From Chiloscyllium plagiosum (taxonomy: Eukaryota), in contig NC_057728.1 in NCBI RefSeq assembly GCF_004010195.1, forward strand, positions 50,277,330 to 50,315,614: a stretch of DNA of 38,285 bases, read 5' to 3'. The notes below the pieces were generated by a model, which made no database searches, had not been told where the DNA came from, and saw nothing but the letters and a program-made list of their open reading frames with translations. The position numbers and the translations under genes are program-made. Positions within the stretch are counted from its first letter, which is position 1; every line of letters starts with the position of its first letter. Positions 1 to 11,442 of this stretch are shown here, piece after piece.

Positions 1-218
1 ATTTCTCGGTCGTGCTTCTGCAGCGCGGCCGAGAGCGAGTCCCAATGATTTCTGGATTCTGCAATAAAGGCATCGATCTTCGAGTCAAGCTTGGAAAGCA
101 TTTCTGCAAGGCTTGTTACTGTTGGTAAGTCCCCCGGGGCGGCCTCTGCTGCAGCTGGAGAGGGTGGGGGAGGGGTTCCTGCTTGCTGAGAGCTGTGGGC
201 TCCCTTCCCTTTAGTCAT
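1..218 (-). CDS. L1 ORF1p N-terminus (partial): MTKGKGAHSSQQAGTPPPPSPAAAEAAPGDLPTVTSLAEMLSKLDSKIDAFIAESRNHWDSLSAALQKHDRE...
   Basis: Hand translation from ATG at 218-216 with no stop to the window edge. A basic N-terminus followed by a heptad-like helix fits the ORF1p coiled coil. Confidence 0.65.
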   Translation of the reverse strand, partial: MTKGKGAHSSQQAGTPPPPSPAAAEAAPGDLPTVTSLAEMLSKLDSKIDAFIAESRNHWDSLSAALQKHDRE

Positions 219-370
219 TTTAACTTAGGATTAAATTGTTTAAATGTAATATTACACAACTAATTAAATTACACAACTATTATAAATGATTTGGTGAGCT
301 TGGTAGGGGGTGAGTGACCCACTGTACCCAAGTCTTGGGAGGAGCACTATAGACTCAGTCTTACTGGGTC

Positions 371-382
371 GCCGCCATCTTG
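371..382 (-). promoter_or_regulatory. YY1-binding motif of the L1 internal promoter (CAAGATGGCGGC)
   Basis: Matches the YY1 consensus AAGATGGCGGC, 9-20 nt from the element 5' end, the position known for mammalian L1. Confidence 0.7.
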
Positions 383-390
383 GATCCCCC

Positions 391-665
391 AGGGCCATAT
401 TTTTAAGATGAGAGGAGAAAAATTTAGAAAGGAAATGGAGGACAACATTTTTTTGCACAGAGTGGTGTGTATATGGAATGAACTGCCAGAGAAAATGGCA
501 GAATGTAGGTGCAGTTACAACATTTAAAAGAGATTTGGATAAGTTCATGAATAAGGGATATGGACCAAGAGCAGGCAGATAGGACTTGTTTAGTTTGGGA
601 ACATGGTCAACATGGATTGGTTGGACCCAAAGGGTCTGTTTCCATGCTGTATGACTCTATGAATC
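391..665 (+). mobile_element. CR1 LINE 3' end (ORF2 C-terminus + 3'UTR + GACTCTAT tail)
   Basis: Degenerate RVVCIWNELPEK...TFKRDLDKFMN, then ctgtttccatgctgtatgactctatg tail like the other CR1 copies here. Confidence 0.85.
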
Positions 666-1014
666 AACAACTCTATACCTCTACTTCATTTGTGAGCTAC
701 AACCCTGTTTTACCAGTTTAATCCAGTCATCTGTAAATCTGGACAAAAGCAATGTTGCAACAGTCCATCTGTTGGTTTTATTTCGTAAACCATGACAGAT
801 CACACATTAGCCATCCAGAGGATGTCAGAAGGCTGCTAGCCAGGGTCAGTTGTGAATGGTAAAACTCTGGAGGAAGTTGGAGGGAGGGTCTGTTTGACAG
901 TGCTGAGGAAAGTTTCCCTTTGTACCTGACCATGGTTGCAGTGAATCACTGCAGTATTACACAAGCAGAGATAGAACACTTCACAACAGGAGAAGCTAAT
1001 GAGTAAAAACATAC

Positions 1015-1045
1015 CTATCTGTGATTCGGCGAATGCGATGAATTC
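1015..1045 (-). other. Candidate 31-nt exon of an unidentified host gene
   Basis: tctccattcattag|GAATTCATCGCATTCGCCGAATCACAGATAG|gtatgt in non-repeat DNA, with 3 CpGs in 31 nt against a CpG-poor background. Reads EFIAFAESQI or GIHRIRRITDR depending on phase. Confidence 0.45.
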
Positions 1046-1276
1046 CTAATGAATGGAGATATATTTATTTGCAGTTCCATTAATGAGATGAACACAAACT
1101 CTCATTTGTGTTATCACACTGCGCTTTCTTCCTGAGGTGAATTATTATCCACACAAACAGCTCTGCTCAACACGAGCCTGTTTCTAATTCTGCCTTTTCT
1201 CCAGTACTTTAATTCTCCATTCAAGCATTAATTTGATACTGGATCAAAATGGGTAGCTGAGGGCACCATCATAGTT

Positions 1277-1703
1277 AGAGACAAAAAAACGGTAGATGCT
1301 GGATTCCAAGGTAGACAGGCAGTTGGCTGGAAAAATACAGCAAGCCAGGCAGCATCGACAGGTGGAGAAGTCAACATTTCGGGTGTAACCCTTCTTCAGG
1401 ACTGAGGGTGGGTGGAGGGGGAGCTGCAGATAAACGGGGTAGGGAGACAGGGTGATGAGGTAGGGATAGGTGAACACAGGTAGAGGGTACGACCTGGTTG
1501 GTCAATGGGAGGAATGAATCCAGTTGGTGGCTGGAAGGGAGGGTCAATCAGAGGAATGGAAAGGGGATGGGGGAGCTGGCAAGGGAATTGGGTGATGGTA
1601 AAGGAGGTTCTTTGAAATTGGAGGGCTCAATGTTGATTCCTCCAGGTTGTAAGCTGCCCAGGCGGAAGATGAGGTGTTGTTCCTCCAATTTGCGATTTGA
1701 TTT
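1277..1703 (-). mobile_element. 5'-truncated Penelope-like element (GIY-YIG C-terminus + 3' region with hammerhead motif)
   Basis: Minus-strand RKLEEQHLIFRLGSLQPGGINIE at ~1620-1695. TSD gcaccatcat(a/g)gtt at 1263-1276 and 1704-1717. Confidence 0.8.
1369..1403 (-). ncRNA. Minimal type-I hammerhead ribozyme motif (stem III decayed ACGU>AUGU)
   Basis: AGUC-CUGAAGA-A-GGGU-UAC-ACCC-GAAA-UG-UU-GACU: 4-bp stem I, catalytic core, 4-bp stem II, NUH site. Confidence 0.7.
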
Positions 1704-2460
1704 GCACCATCATGGTTGTTGCAATGCCCCAAGGTTGGGGCCGAATGGCCACCCAAACAATGTTCAGAGTGCAGTTTACTCCCTGAGGGTGAGCAAACAG
1801 GAAATTTAATTGGCCAAAGAAGGAATATTCTAATAAAAGCCAGATTTGTATCAAACCCACAACTTTAAAAAAGCAGAATACTATCAAATTGTGCCTGTGG
1901 AGACAGAATGGGAATGAATGGTTTCTCCACCTCTCTGCACAAATGCTTTCTGATCTGCAAAGTACGCCTAACACTCTACATACGATTTGATAAATTAGGA
2001 GCAGCAATAGGCCATTCGACCCCTCAAGGCAGTTCCACCATGAGCATGTAAATCTGATTGAGACCTCAACCTTCCTGTCTGTCCTAGATACTCCTGCGCT
2101 CCCTTATCTACCAAAGTTCTATTGAGATCAGCCTTAAAACTATTCAATAGCCCTGCCTCCACTAGGATGATTCTACACACTATCAACTCCCCACAACATA
2201 CCCCCCCCCCCCCCCCCCCATGACCACTCTCACCCCTACTAGCTGTTGTGGCTTTCATCTGAATCCTCCAGGCACCATTCATCATTGTTTTGCTTTTATT
2301 GGGTCTCCCATCTGCCTGGAATGTTATAGCCATTTTCCAGTCCTCTGGGACCCTCCCTAACTCCAGTGATTCCTGAAAAATGACCACCAATGCCTCCACA
2401 GCTACATCCTTCAGAACCCTAGTTTGTAGTCCATCTAGTCCACATGATCTATTCACTGCA

Positions 2461-2609
2461 AAAGCCTTTCATCCCTCTATTCCTGATGAAGGGCTTTTGC
2501 CCAAAACGTCGATTTTCCTGCTCCTTGGATGCTGCCTGAACTGCTGTGCTTTTCCAGCACCACTCTAATCTAGAATCTGGTTTCCAGCATCTGCAGTCCT
2601 TGTTTTTAC
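2461..2609 (+). mobile_element. Short PLE 3'-terminal insertion with small inverted 5' piece and mutated hammerhead
   Basis: CTGATGA-A-GGGC-TTTT-GCCC-AAAA-CGTC (G12>A) at 2483-2510. Perfect 12-bp TSD ctattcactgca at 2449-2460 and 2610-2621. Confidence 0.8.
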
Positions 2610-2951
2610 CTATTCACTGCAGACCTTTCAGCTTCCCTAGCACCTTCTCCTTAGTGATGGCCACTGCACTCACCTCTGCTCCCTGACTCTCTCGAAGTTC
2701 TGGTATGCTACTGGTGTCTTCTACCTTGAAGACTGATGCAAAGTACCTATTTGGTTCCTCCACCACTTCTTTGTTCCCCAGCTACATCTTCCAGTGGTCC
2801 AATATCCACTTTTGCTCTCCGTTACCTTTTATATATATCTAAAAAAGTTCTTTGATGTTACTAGCTAGCTTACCCTCATAATTCATCTTTTCTCCCACTT
2901 CTTGTTTATTTAGTTGCCCCCTGCTGGGTTCTAAAGGCTCCCCAATACTCT

Positions 2952-3110
2952 TGTATTTGGAAAGACAATGACAGATTAGGGATAGTCAACATGGCTTTGA
3001 CATGGAAAATCCTGAGTCACTAACTTGAAATTTTTGAAGGGGTGACAAAGGGGATTGATGAAGATTGAGCAGCGGATGTTGTCCGTATGGACTTCAATAA
3101 GGGGTTTGAC
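2952..3110 (+). repeat. 159-bp local copy of 4126-4284 (CR1 RT fragment)
   Basis: Only ~3 mismatches by eye, and shares the private indels of the 4126-4284 copy. Confidence 0.9.
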
Positions 3111-3169
3111 TAATCTTCACCACGTTATATGTTTTCTTTCTTTATGCTGTCTCTGACTTCCCTTGTCAG

Positions 3170-3299
3170 ACTACCACCTGATAAAGGAGCGATGCTCCGA
3201 AAGCTAGTGTGCTTCCAATTAAACCCATTGGACTATAATCTGGTGTTGTGTGATTTTTAACTTTGTACACCCCAATCCAACACCGGCATCTCCAAATCA
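3170..3299 (+). mobile_element. Short PLE 3'-terminal insertion (GGAGC/AGCU hammerhead family), core mutated
   Basis: CAC-CTGATAA-A-GGAGC-GAT-GCTCC-GAAA-GCT-A-GTG at 3175-3209. Same 3' end as 26062-26189. Short TSD tgtcag at 3164-3169 and 3300-3305. Confidence 0.8.
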
Positions 3300-3784
3300 T
3301 GTCAGCCATGGTTACCTCATCCTACCCTTAGGGTTTGTTATTTCTTCCATGGAATGAATTTCTGCTGTGCCTCCCAAATTACCCCCAGAAACTCCTGCCA
3401 TTGCTCTTTCAATGTCTCCTGCTAGATTCCCCTTCCAATCAATTCTGGCCAGCTCCTCCCTCATGTCTTTGTCATTACTTTCGCTCGATTGTAATACTGT
3501 TACATCTGGTTCAGCCTCTCCCTCTCAAACTGCAGGGCAAATTCTCTCATATTATGGTCACTGCCTCCTAGAGGTTCCTTCACCTTAAGCTCCTTAATCA
3601 AGACTATCTCACTACACTTCACCAAATCCAGAATTACCTGTTCCCTAGTGGATTCTACCACAGGTTGTTCCATAAAGAAAATTTCATAGACATTCGTCAA
3701 ATACCTTTTCTTAAGATCCAATGCCAACCTAATTTTCATTTGCACATTGAAGCCCCCCAGGATTATTGTAGTTATGCCATTTTC

Positions 3785-5018
3785 AGATACCAGAGAACTT
3801 GGAAAAAGGAATAACAATATCTTGAAAAGTGTCCATATTAAAAAGAAGGAAGTGATGAACTTCGTAAAACGCATAAAGGTGGATAAATCCCCTGCACCTG
3901 ATCAGCTAGATCCTAGAAATCTGTGGGAAGTGATTGCTGGGCCCCTTGCTGAGCTATTTGTATCATTGATGGTCACAGGTGAGTTGCCACTAACCTGAAG
4001 GTTGGCTAATGTGGTGCCACTCTTTAAGAAAGGTGGTAAGGAGAAGCCAGGGAAATATAGACCGGTGAACTCAACATTGGTGGTTGGCAAGTTGTTGGTG
4101 GAGATTCTGAAGGACAGGATTTACATGTATTTGGAAAGACAATGACTAATTAGGGATAGTCAACATGGCTTTGACATGGAAAATCCTGAGTCACTAACTT
4201 GAAATTTTTGAAGGGGTGACAAAGGGGATTGATGAAGATTGAGCAGTGGATGTTGTCCGTATGGACTTCAATAAGGGGTTTGACAAGATGCCCCATAGTA
4301 GACCATTAACAAGATTAGATCACATGGAATATAAGGAGAACTAGCTGTTTGGATACAAAATTAATTCAAAGGTAGGACAGACAGAATGATGGTGGAGAGT
4401 TGTTTTTCGGACTGGACGCCTGTGTCCAGCGATGTGCTGGGTCCACTGCTTTTTGTCATTTATATAAATGAATTGGAAGGGAAAGTAGGGTGTATGGTTA
4501 GTAAGTTTGCAGATGACATTAAAATAGGAGGTGTAGTGGACAGAGAAGAAGGTTATCTCAGAGTTACAATGGGATCTTGCTCAGTTGGGCAGAGGGGTTA
4601 AGGAGTGGCAGATGGAGTTTAATTCAGGTAAATGTGAGGTGCTACATTTTGGAATGGCAAGTCAGGGGAGGACCTATACATGGAATGGTAAAGTCCTGGG
4701 AAATGTTGCTGAACAAAGAGACCTTGGAGTGCAGGTTCACAGCTCCTTGAAAGTGGAATCGCAGATAGACAGGGTGGTGGAGAAGGCATTTGGTATGCTT
4801 GCCTTTTATGACCAGTGCTTTACGTATTTATTTATTTATTATTAATTCAGTAGGATTTGGGAGGTCATTTTGCATTGTAAACAACATTGGCTCAACCACA
4901 ATCTGAAAATCAACCCTCCACCGCCACCCTCTGTCTTCTGTGTTCAAGCCAGTTCTGTATTCAACTTGATCATATGGGCCAATGGGCTGAGGAGAGGCGG
5001 ATCAAGTTTAATTTAGAT
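3785..5018 (+). mobile_element. CR1 LINE RT fragment with rearranged 3' part
   Basis: KVDKSPAPDQL, LGPLLFVIYINEL, SKFADDIK, WQMEFNSGKCEVLHFG. A small inverted CR1 piece lies at ~4901-4963. Confidence 0.9.
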
Positions 5019-5019
5019 T

Positions 5020-5319
5020 GGGGTGGCATGATGGTTCTGTGGTTAGCACTGCTGCCTTACAGCACCTGGGTTCCAGGTTCAATTCCAGTGCCAGGCAACT
5101 GTCTGTGTGGAGTTTGCACATTCTCCCTGTTTCTGTGTGGGTTTCCTCCCACAGTCAAAAGATGTGCAGGGCAGGTGAATTGGCCATGCTAATCTGCCCA
5201 TAGTGTTAGGAGCATTAGTTAGAGTGAAATGGGTCTGGGTGAGTTACTCTTTGGAGGGTTGGTATGGACTGGTTGGGTTGAAGGGCCTGTTTCCACACTG
5301 TAGGAAATCTAATCTAATC
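5020..5319 (+). mobile_element. HE1-type tRNA-derived SINE
   Basis: Pol III A/B-box head (tggttagcactgctgcc...ggttcaattcc), ggagtttgcacattctcc core and CR1-derived ggcctgtttccacactg tail ending (ctaat)n. Confidence 0.85.
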
Positions 5320-5960
5320 ATACGCTTCCTTCTTTTTCTTAACCAAATCCTCAATTTCTTTAGTCATCCAGCTTTCCCTATACCTATCAGCCTTCCCTTT
5401 CATCTTGACAGGACTATACTGTCTCTGGACTCTTGTTATCTCATTTCTGAAGGTTCCCATTTTCTGCCTGTTCCTTTACCTGAGAACATCTGCCCCCAGT
5501 CAACTTTTGAAAGTTCTTGCCTAATACTGTCAAAGTTAGCCTTCCTCCAACTTATAACTTCAACTTTTAGATCTGATCTATCCTTTTCCATCATTATTTA
5601 AAATTAATAGAATTATGGTCGCTGCCCCCAAGTCACCTGCCCTGCCTTATTTCCCAAGAGTAGGTCAAGTTTTGCACCTTCTCTAGTAGGTACATCCACA
5701 TACTGAATCAGAAAATGTTCTTGTACACACTTAACAAATTCCTCTCCATCTAAACCCTTAACACTTTGGCAGTCCCAGTCTATGTTTGGAAAGTTAAAAT
5801 CCCCTACCATAACCACTCTATTATTCTTATAGATAACTGAAATCTCCTTACAAACTTGTTTCTCAATTTCCCACTGACTATTGGGGGGGTCTATAATGCA
5901 ATCCCAATAAGGTGATCATCCCTTTCTTATTTCTCAATTCCAACCAAATAACTTCCCTGC
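5320..5960 (-). mobile_element. CR1 LINE endonuclease-region fragment
   Basis: VMVGDFNFPNIDWD...PTREGAKLDLLLGN (APE domain). Confidence 0.9.
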
Positions 5961-5961
5961 A

Positions 5962-7812
5962 CTTGGCCCATATCTTCCAAACCTTTCCTATCCATGTATT
6001 TGTCCAAATGCCTTTTAAATGTTGTTAATGTCCCTGTCTCTACCACGCCCACTGGCAGCTCATTCTATAAACCAACCACCCTCTGTGTAAAAAAGCTGCC
6101 CCTCAGGTTCCCTTTTATTCTTTTCCCTCTAACCTTAGACTGATGCCCTCTAGTCCTTGAATCCCCAACCTTGGGAAAAAGATGGAGTGCATTCACCCTA
6201 TTGATGCCTCTCATGACCTTATACACTTCTATAAGATCTCCCCTCAGTCTCCTCTATTCTAAACAAAGAAATCTAGCTTGTCCAACCTCTCCCTATAACT
6301 CAAAACCTCGAGTCCTGGCAACATCTTTGTAACTTTCTTCTGCACACTCTCCAGTTTAATAACATCCTTCCTGTAGCAAGGTTACCAAAACTGAACACAA
6401 TACTCCAAGTGCAGCCTCACTAACATCCCATACAACTGCAGCATAACTTCCCAGCTTCTATACTCAATGCCCTGACCGATGAAGGCCAGTGTTCCAAAAG
6501 CATTCTTCACTGCCCTGTCTACCTGGGACTCCACTTTCAGAGAACCGTACACCTGAACTCCAAGGTCCCTCTGTTCCCCTACAATCCCTAAGGTCCTAAC
6601 ATTTACCATGAAACTCCTACCTTGATTTGACATTCCAAAATGAAAGACCCTCACAATTATCCATATTAAACTCCATTTGCCATTTCTCGGTCTACTTCCC
6701 CAGCTGATCAAGGTCCCAATCTAGGCTTTCTGTTCTCAGCTTTGCCTTTCTTACCCTCTTCCAACACTTCCAATTTCACTATTCATTTAGCCTCAATTAC
6801 ACTTTCCTACAGCTAACTGCCAGGGCACTTTTGGGTCATTATAAGTAGGCTATGGAGAAGGGCCTGTGCCCGAAACGTCGAATCTCCTGTTCCCTGGATG
6901 CTGCCTGACCTGCTGTGCTGTTCCAGCAATAAAGTTTCAACTTTGATCTCCAGCATCTGCAGACCTCACTTTCTCCTCTCACTCACAAAGCCATGCTGAC
7001 TATTCATAATCAAACCATGTCTTTCCAAATGCATGTATATCTTATCCCTTAGAATCTTCTTGAGTAACTTACCTACCCCAGATATTAGGCTTACTGGTCT
7101 ATTGTTCCCAGGTTTTCCTTTGCAGCCTTCCTTTGAATAAGGGCACAACATTCATTACCCGCCAGTGTTCCAGGACTTCACCCGTTGCTAACGATGATGC
7201 AAAATATCAGCCAAGGCCCCCGCAATTTTTTCTCTAGCCTCTTGCAGTGTTCTTGAATATATCTGGTCAGGATCAGGAGATTTATCCACCTTCATGCATC
7301 CTAATACATCTAACACCACCTCTACTGTGATATGGACCGTCCCCAAGAAATCGCCACTAACTTCCCCAAGTTCCCAAGTCTTTATGTCTTTCTCAACAGT
7401 AAACACAGAGGAGAAATATTCATTGAAGTCCTCGCCTATCTCTTGAGGTTTTATAGATATGTGTCCACTTTGTTCCTCAATGGATCCTATTCTCTCTCTA
7501 ATTATTCTTCTTCTTTAATATATTAAAAGAACCTCTTTGGATTCACCCTAATCTTCTCAGTCAAGATTTTCTCATTCGCCCTTTTTGTCCTCCTAATTTC
7601 CTCCTTTAGTAAACTCCTGTATCCCCTGTATACCTCCAGGATTCCCTTGATCCCAGCTGCCTATACCTGAGCCATGTCTCCTTTTTTCTGGTCAAACCTT
7701 CAATAATCGCTTATCATCCAGGGTTCCCTATTCCCGCCAAACTTGCCCTTCACAGGAACATATAGACCTTAAACTCTAGTTATCTCACTTTTAAAGGCCT
7801 TCCACTTGCCTG
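5962..7812 (-). mobile_element. CR1 LINE ORF2 fragment with internal deletion/insertion at ~6717-6980
   Basis: KVDKSPDPDQIY, RPVSLISGVGKLL, QRDLGVQV, RLHLEYCVQFW peptides. Confidence 0.9.
6856..6980 (+). mobile_element. PLE 3'-terminal fragment with truncated hammerhead
   Basis: GAA-GGGC-CTGT-GCCC-GAAACGTCGA followed by the ggatgctgcctgacctgctg...ccagcatctgcag terminus shared with 2461-2609. Confidence 0.75.
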
Positions 7813-7829
7813 CAAACAAACTACTGAAA

Positions 7830-8833
7830 ATTCATGGGGTCCAGGGTGGATAAAGAACTGGCTGGGCCTCAGGTGACAGAGCAGTAGTGGAAGGGAGTTT
7901 CTCAAAATGGAGAACTGTAACCATGCTGGGACCACTGTTGTTTGTGATATACACAAATGATTTGGAGGAAGGTATATGTGATCTATTAGCATGTTTGCCA
8001 ATGACACTAAGATTGGTGGAGTAGCAGAAAGTGAAGGGGAACTGTCAGTGAATACAGCAGAGTATAGATAGATTGGAGAGTTGGGCAGAGAAATGGCAGG
8101 TGGAGTTCAATCCGGACAAATGCGAGGTGATGCATTTTAGAAGATGCAATTCAAGATTGAATTATACAGTAAATGGCAAAGTCCTGGGGAAAACTGATGT
8201 ACAGAGAGATCTGGGCGTTTATTATTCATTGTTCCCTAAAGGTGGCAACGTAGGTCAGTAGAGTGGTCAAGAAGGCATACGCATGTTTTCCTTCATCAGC
8301 CGGGGTATTGAGTACAAGAGTTGGCAGGTCATGTACAGTTCTGGTCACCACATTACTAAAAGGATGTGGATGCTTTGGAGAGGATGCAAAGGAGATTCAC
8401 CAGGATGTTGCCTCATATGGAGGGTGCTAGCTATGAAGAGAGATCGAGTAGATTAGGATTATTTTCATTGGAAAGGCAGAGTTTATGGGGGGATCTGATT
8501 GAAGTCTACAAAAACACAAGAGGTATAGACAGGGTGGATAGCAAGATGCTTTTTCCCAGTGTAGGAGAATCAATGACTAAGGGTCATGAATTCAAAGTGA
8601 GAAGGGAAAAGTTTAGGGGAGCTATACGTGGAAAGTTCTTTACACAGAGGGTGGTGGGTGCCTGGAATGCATTACCAGTGGAGGAGGCAGAGGCGAGCAC
8701 GGTAGTGTCACTTAAGATGTATCTAGACAGATACATGAATGGGCAAGGAGCAGAGGGATACAGACCCTTAGAAAATAGATGACATGTTTAGATAGAGGAT
8801 CTGGATCAGCACAGCCTGGAGGGCCGAAGGGCT
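7830..8833 (+). mobile_element. CR1 LINE RT C-terminus and 3'UTR
   Basis: WAEKWQVEFNPDKCEVMHF, ALERMQRRFTRMLP, FFTQRVVGAWNALP. Confidence 0.9.
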
Positions 8834-11442
8834 TAGAGTGATAGAGATGTACAGCATGGAAACAAACCTTTCGGTCCAACTCGTCCATGCCGACCAGATA
8901 TCCCAACCCAATCTAGTCCCACCTGCCAGCACCCGGCCCATATCCCTCCAAACCCTTTCTATTCATATACCCATCCAAATGCCTCTTAAATGTTGCAATT
9001 GTACCAGCCTCCACCACTTCCTCTGGCAACTCATTCCATACATGTACCACCCTCTGTGTGAAAGAGTTGCCCCTTAGGTNNNNNNNNNNNNNNNNNNNNN
9101 NNNNNNNNNNNNNNNNNNNNNNNNNNNNNNNNNNNNNNNNNNNNNNNNNNNNNNNNNNNNNNNNNNNNNNNNNNNNNNNNNNNNNNNNNNNNNNNNNNNN
9201 GCAATATTCCAACAGTGGCCTAACCAATGTCCTGTACAGTTGCAACATGACCTCCCAACTCCTGTACTCAATATTCTCACCAATAAAGGAAAGCATACCA
9301 AACATCTTCTTCACTATCCTAGGGCCATATCATTAAGTGTATAAGTCCTGCTAAGATTGTCTTTCCCAAAATGCAGCATTTATCTAAATTAAACTCAATC
9401 TGCAACTTCTCAGCGCATCGGCCATATGATCAAGATCCTGTTGTAATCTGAGGTAACCCTCTTCACTGTCCACTACACCACCAATTTTGTATGTCATCTG
9501 CAAACTTATTAACTGTACCTCTTATGCTCGCATCCAAATCATTTATGTAAATGACTAAAAGTAGAGGACCAGCACATATCCTTGTGGCACGCCAGTGGTC
9601 ACAGGCCTCCAGTCTGAAAAACAACCCTCCACCACCACCCTCTGTCTTCTACCTTTGAGCCAGTTCTGTATCCAAATGGCTAGTTCTCCCTGAATTTCAT
9701 GAGATCAAACCATGCTAATCAGTCTCCCATGGGGAACCTTGTTGAATGCCTTACTGAAGTTCATAAGGATCCCACATCTACTGCTCTGCCCTCATCAATC
9801 TTCTTTGTTCGAAAGAATGTAGATAGATAGATTACTTACAGTGTGGAAACTGGCCCTTTGGTCCAACAAGTTCACACCGACCCGCCGAAGCGCAACCCAC
9901 CCAGACCCATTCCCCTACATTTACCCCTTCAGCCAACACTATGGGCAATTTAGCATGGCCAATTCACCTAACCTGCACATTTTTGGTCTGTGGGAGGAGA
10001 CCAGAGCGCTCGGAGGAAACCCACACAGACGCAGGGAGAATGTGCAAACTCCACACAGACAGTCGTCTGAGGTAGGAATTGAACCCAGGTCTCTGGCGCT
10101 ATGAGGCAGCAGGTGCTAACCACTGTGGCACCCTTCTTCAAAAAACTCAGTCAAGTTTGTGAGACATGATTTCCCATGCACAAAACCATGTTGATGATCC
10201 CTAATCAGTCCTTGCCTTTCCAAATACATGTACATCCTATCCCTCAGGATTGCCACCAACAACTTGCCCACCACCGAGGTCAGGCTCACCAGTCTATAGT
10301 TCCCTGCCTTTTCCTTACCACCCTTCTTAAACAGTGGCACCACGTTTGCCAACCTCCAGTCTTCTGGCACCTCACCTGTGACTATCGATGATACAAATAT
10401 CTCAGCAAGGGGCCCAGCAATCACTTCCCTAGCTTCTCACAGAGTTCAAGGGTACACCTGATCAGGTCCTGGGGATTTATCCACTTTTATGCATTTCAAG
10501 ACATCCAGCACTTCCTCCTCTGTAATCCGGACATTTTGCAAGATGTCACATCTATTTCCCTGCAGTCTATATCTTCCATATCCCTTTCCACAGTAAATAC
10601 TGATGCAAAATACTCATTTAGTATCTCCCCTATTTTCTGCGCCTCCACACAAAGGCCGCCTTGCTGATCTTTGATGGTCCCTATTTTTTCCTTAGTTCCC
10701 TTTTGTCCTTAATGTATTTGTAAAACCTCTTTGGATTCTCCTTAATTCTATTTGCCAAAGCTATCTCATGTCCTCTTATTGCCCTCCTGATTTCCCTCTT
10801 AAACATACTCCTACTTCCTTTATACTCTTCTAAGGATTCACTCGATCGATCCTGTCTATACCTTACATATGCTTCCTTCTTTTGCTTAACGAAACCCTCA
10901 ATTTCTTTAGTCATCCAGCATTCCCCATACCTACCAGCCTTCCCTTTCACCCTAACAGGAATATACTTTCTCTGGATTCTCATTATCTCATTCTGAAGGC
11001 TTCCCTTTACCTGCGAACATCTGCCCCCAATCAGCTTTTGAAAGTTCTTGCCTAATACCATCAAAATTGGCATTTCTCCAATTTAGAACTTCAACTTTTA
11101 GATCTGGGCTATCCGTTTCTATCATTATTTTAAATCTAATAGAATTATGTTCGCTGGCCCCAAAGTACTACCCCACTGACACCTCAGTCACCTGCCCTGC
11201 CTTATTTCTCAACAGTACGTCATGTTTTGCACCTTTTCTAATAGGTACATCCACATACTGAATCAGAAAATTGTGTTGTACACACTTAACAAATTCCTCT
11301 CCATCTAAACCCTTAACACTATGGCAGTCCCAGTCTATGTTCGGAAAGTTAAAATCCCCTACCGCAACCTCCCTATTATTCTTACAGTTAGCTGAGATCT
11401 CCTTACAAGTTTGTTTCTCAATTACCCTCTGACTATTAGGGT
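8834..11442 (-). mobile_element. CR1 LINE (EN to 3' tail), decayed, with SINE insertion; CR1 part of composite copy A
   Basis: GDFNFPNIDW region at ~11330-11360, VPEDWRLANVVPLFKKG, TQRVVHVWNELPEE, and tail at 8834-8850. Confidence 0.92.
9822..10132 (-). mobile_element. HE1-type SINE inserted into CR1
   Basis: Reverse complement of the SINE consensus seen at 16322-16620. CR1 is collinear on both sides. Confidence 0.88.

Larger units (their letters stand above)
1..390 (-). mobile_element. 5' end of an L1-clade LINE (short 5'UTR + ORF1 start), continuing off the left edge
   Basis: Minus strand begins GGGGGATCCAAGATGGCGGC, the G-run + CAAGATGGC start typical of vertebrate L1s. A ~170-nt UTR leads to an open, CpG-rich frame. 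It abuts a CR1 3' region starting at 391. Confidence 0.75.
1990..3780 (-). mobile_element. Fragmented CR1 LINE (3'UTR ~1990-2190; EN-to-RT region ~2320-3780), interrupted by three insertions
   Basis: ORF-track peptides ALVVIFQESLELGRVPEDWKMA and ILDLVKC...EPLGGSDHNMREF (APE endonuclease SDH motif). Confidence 0.8.
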
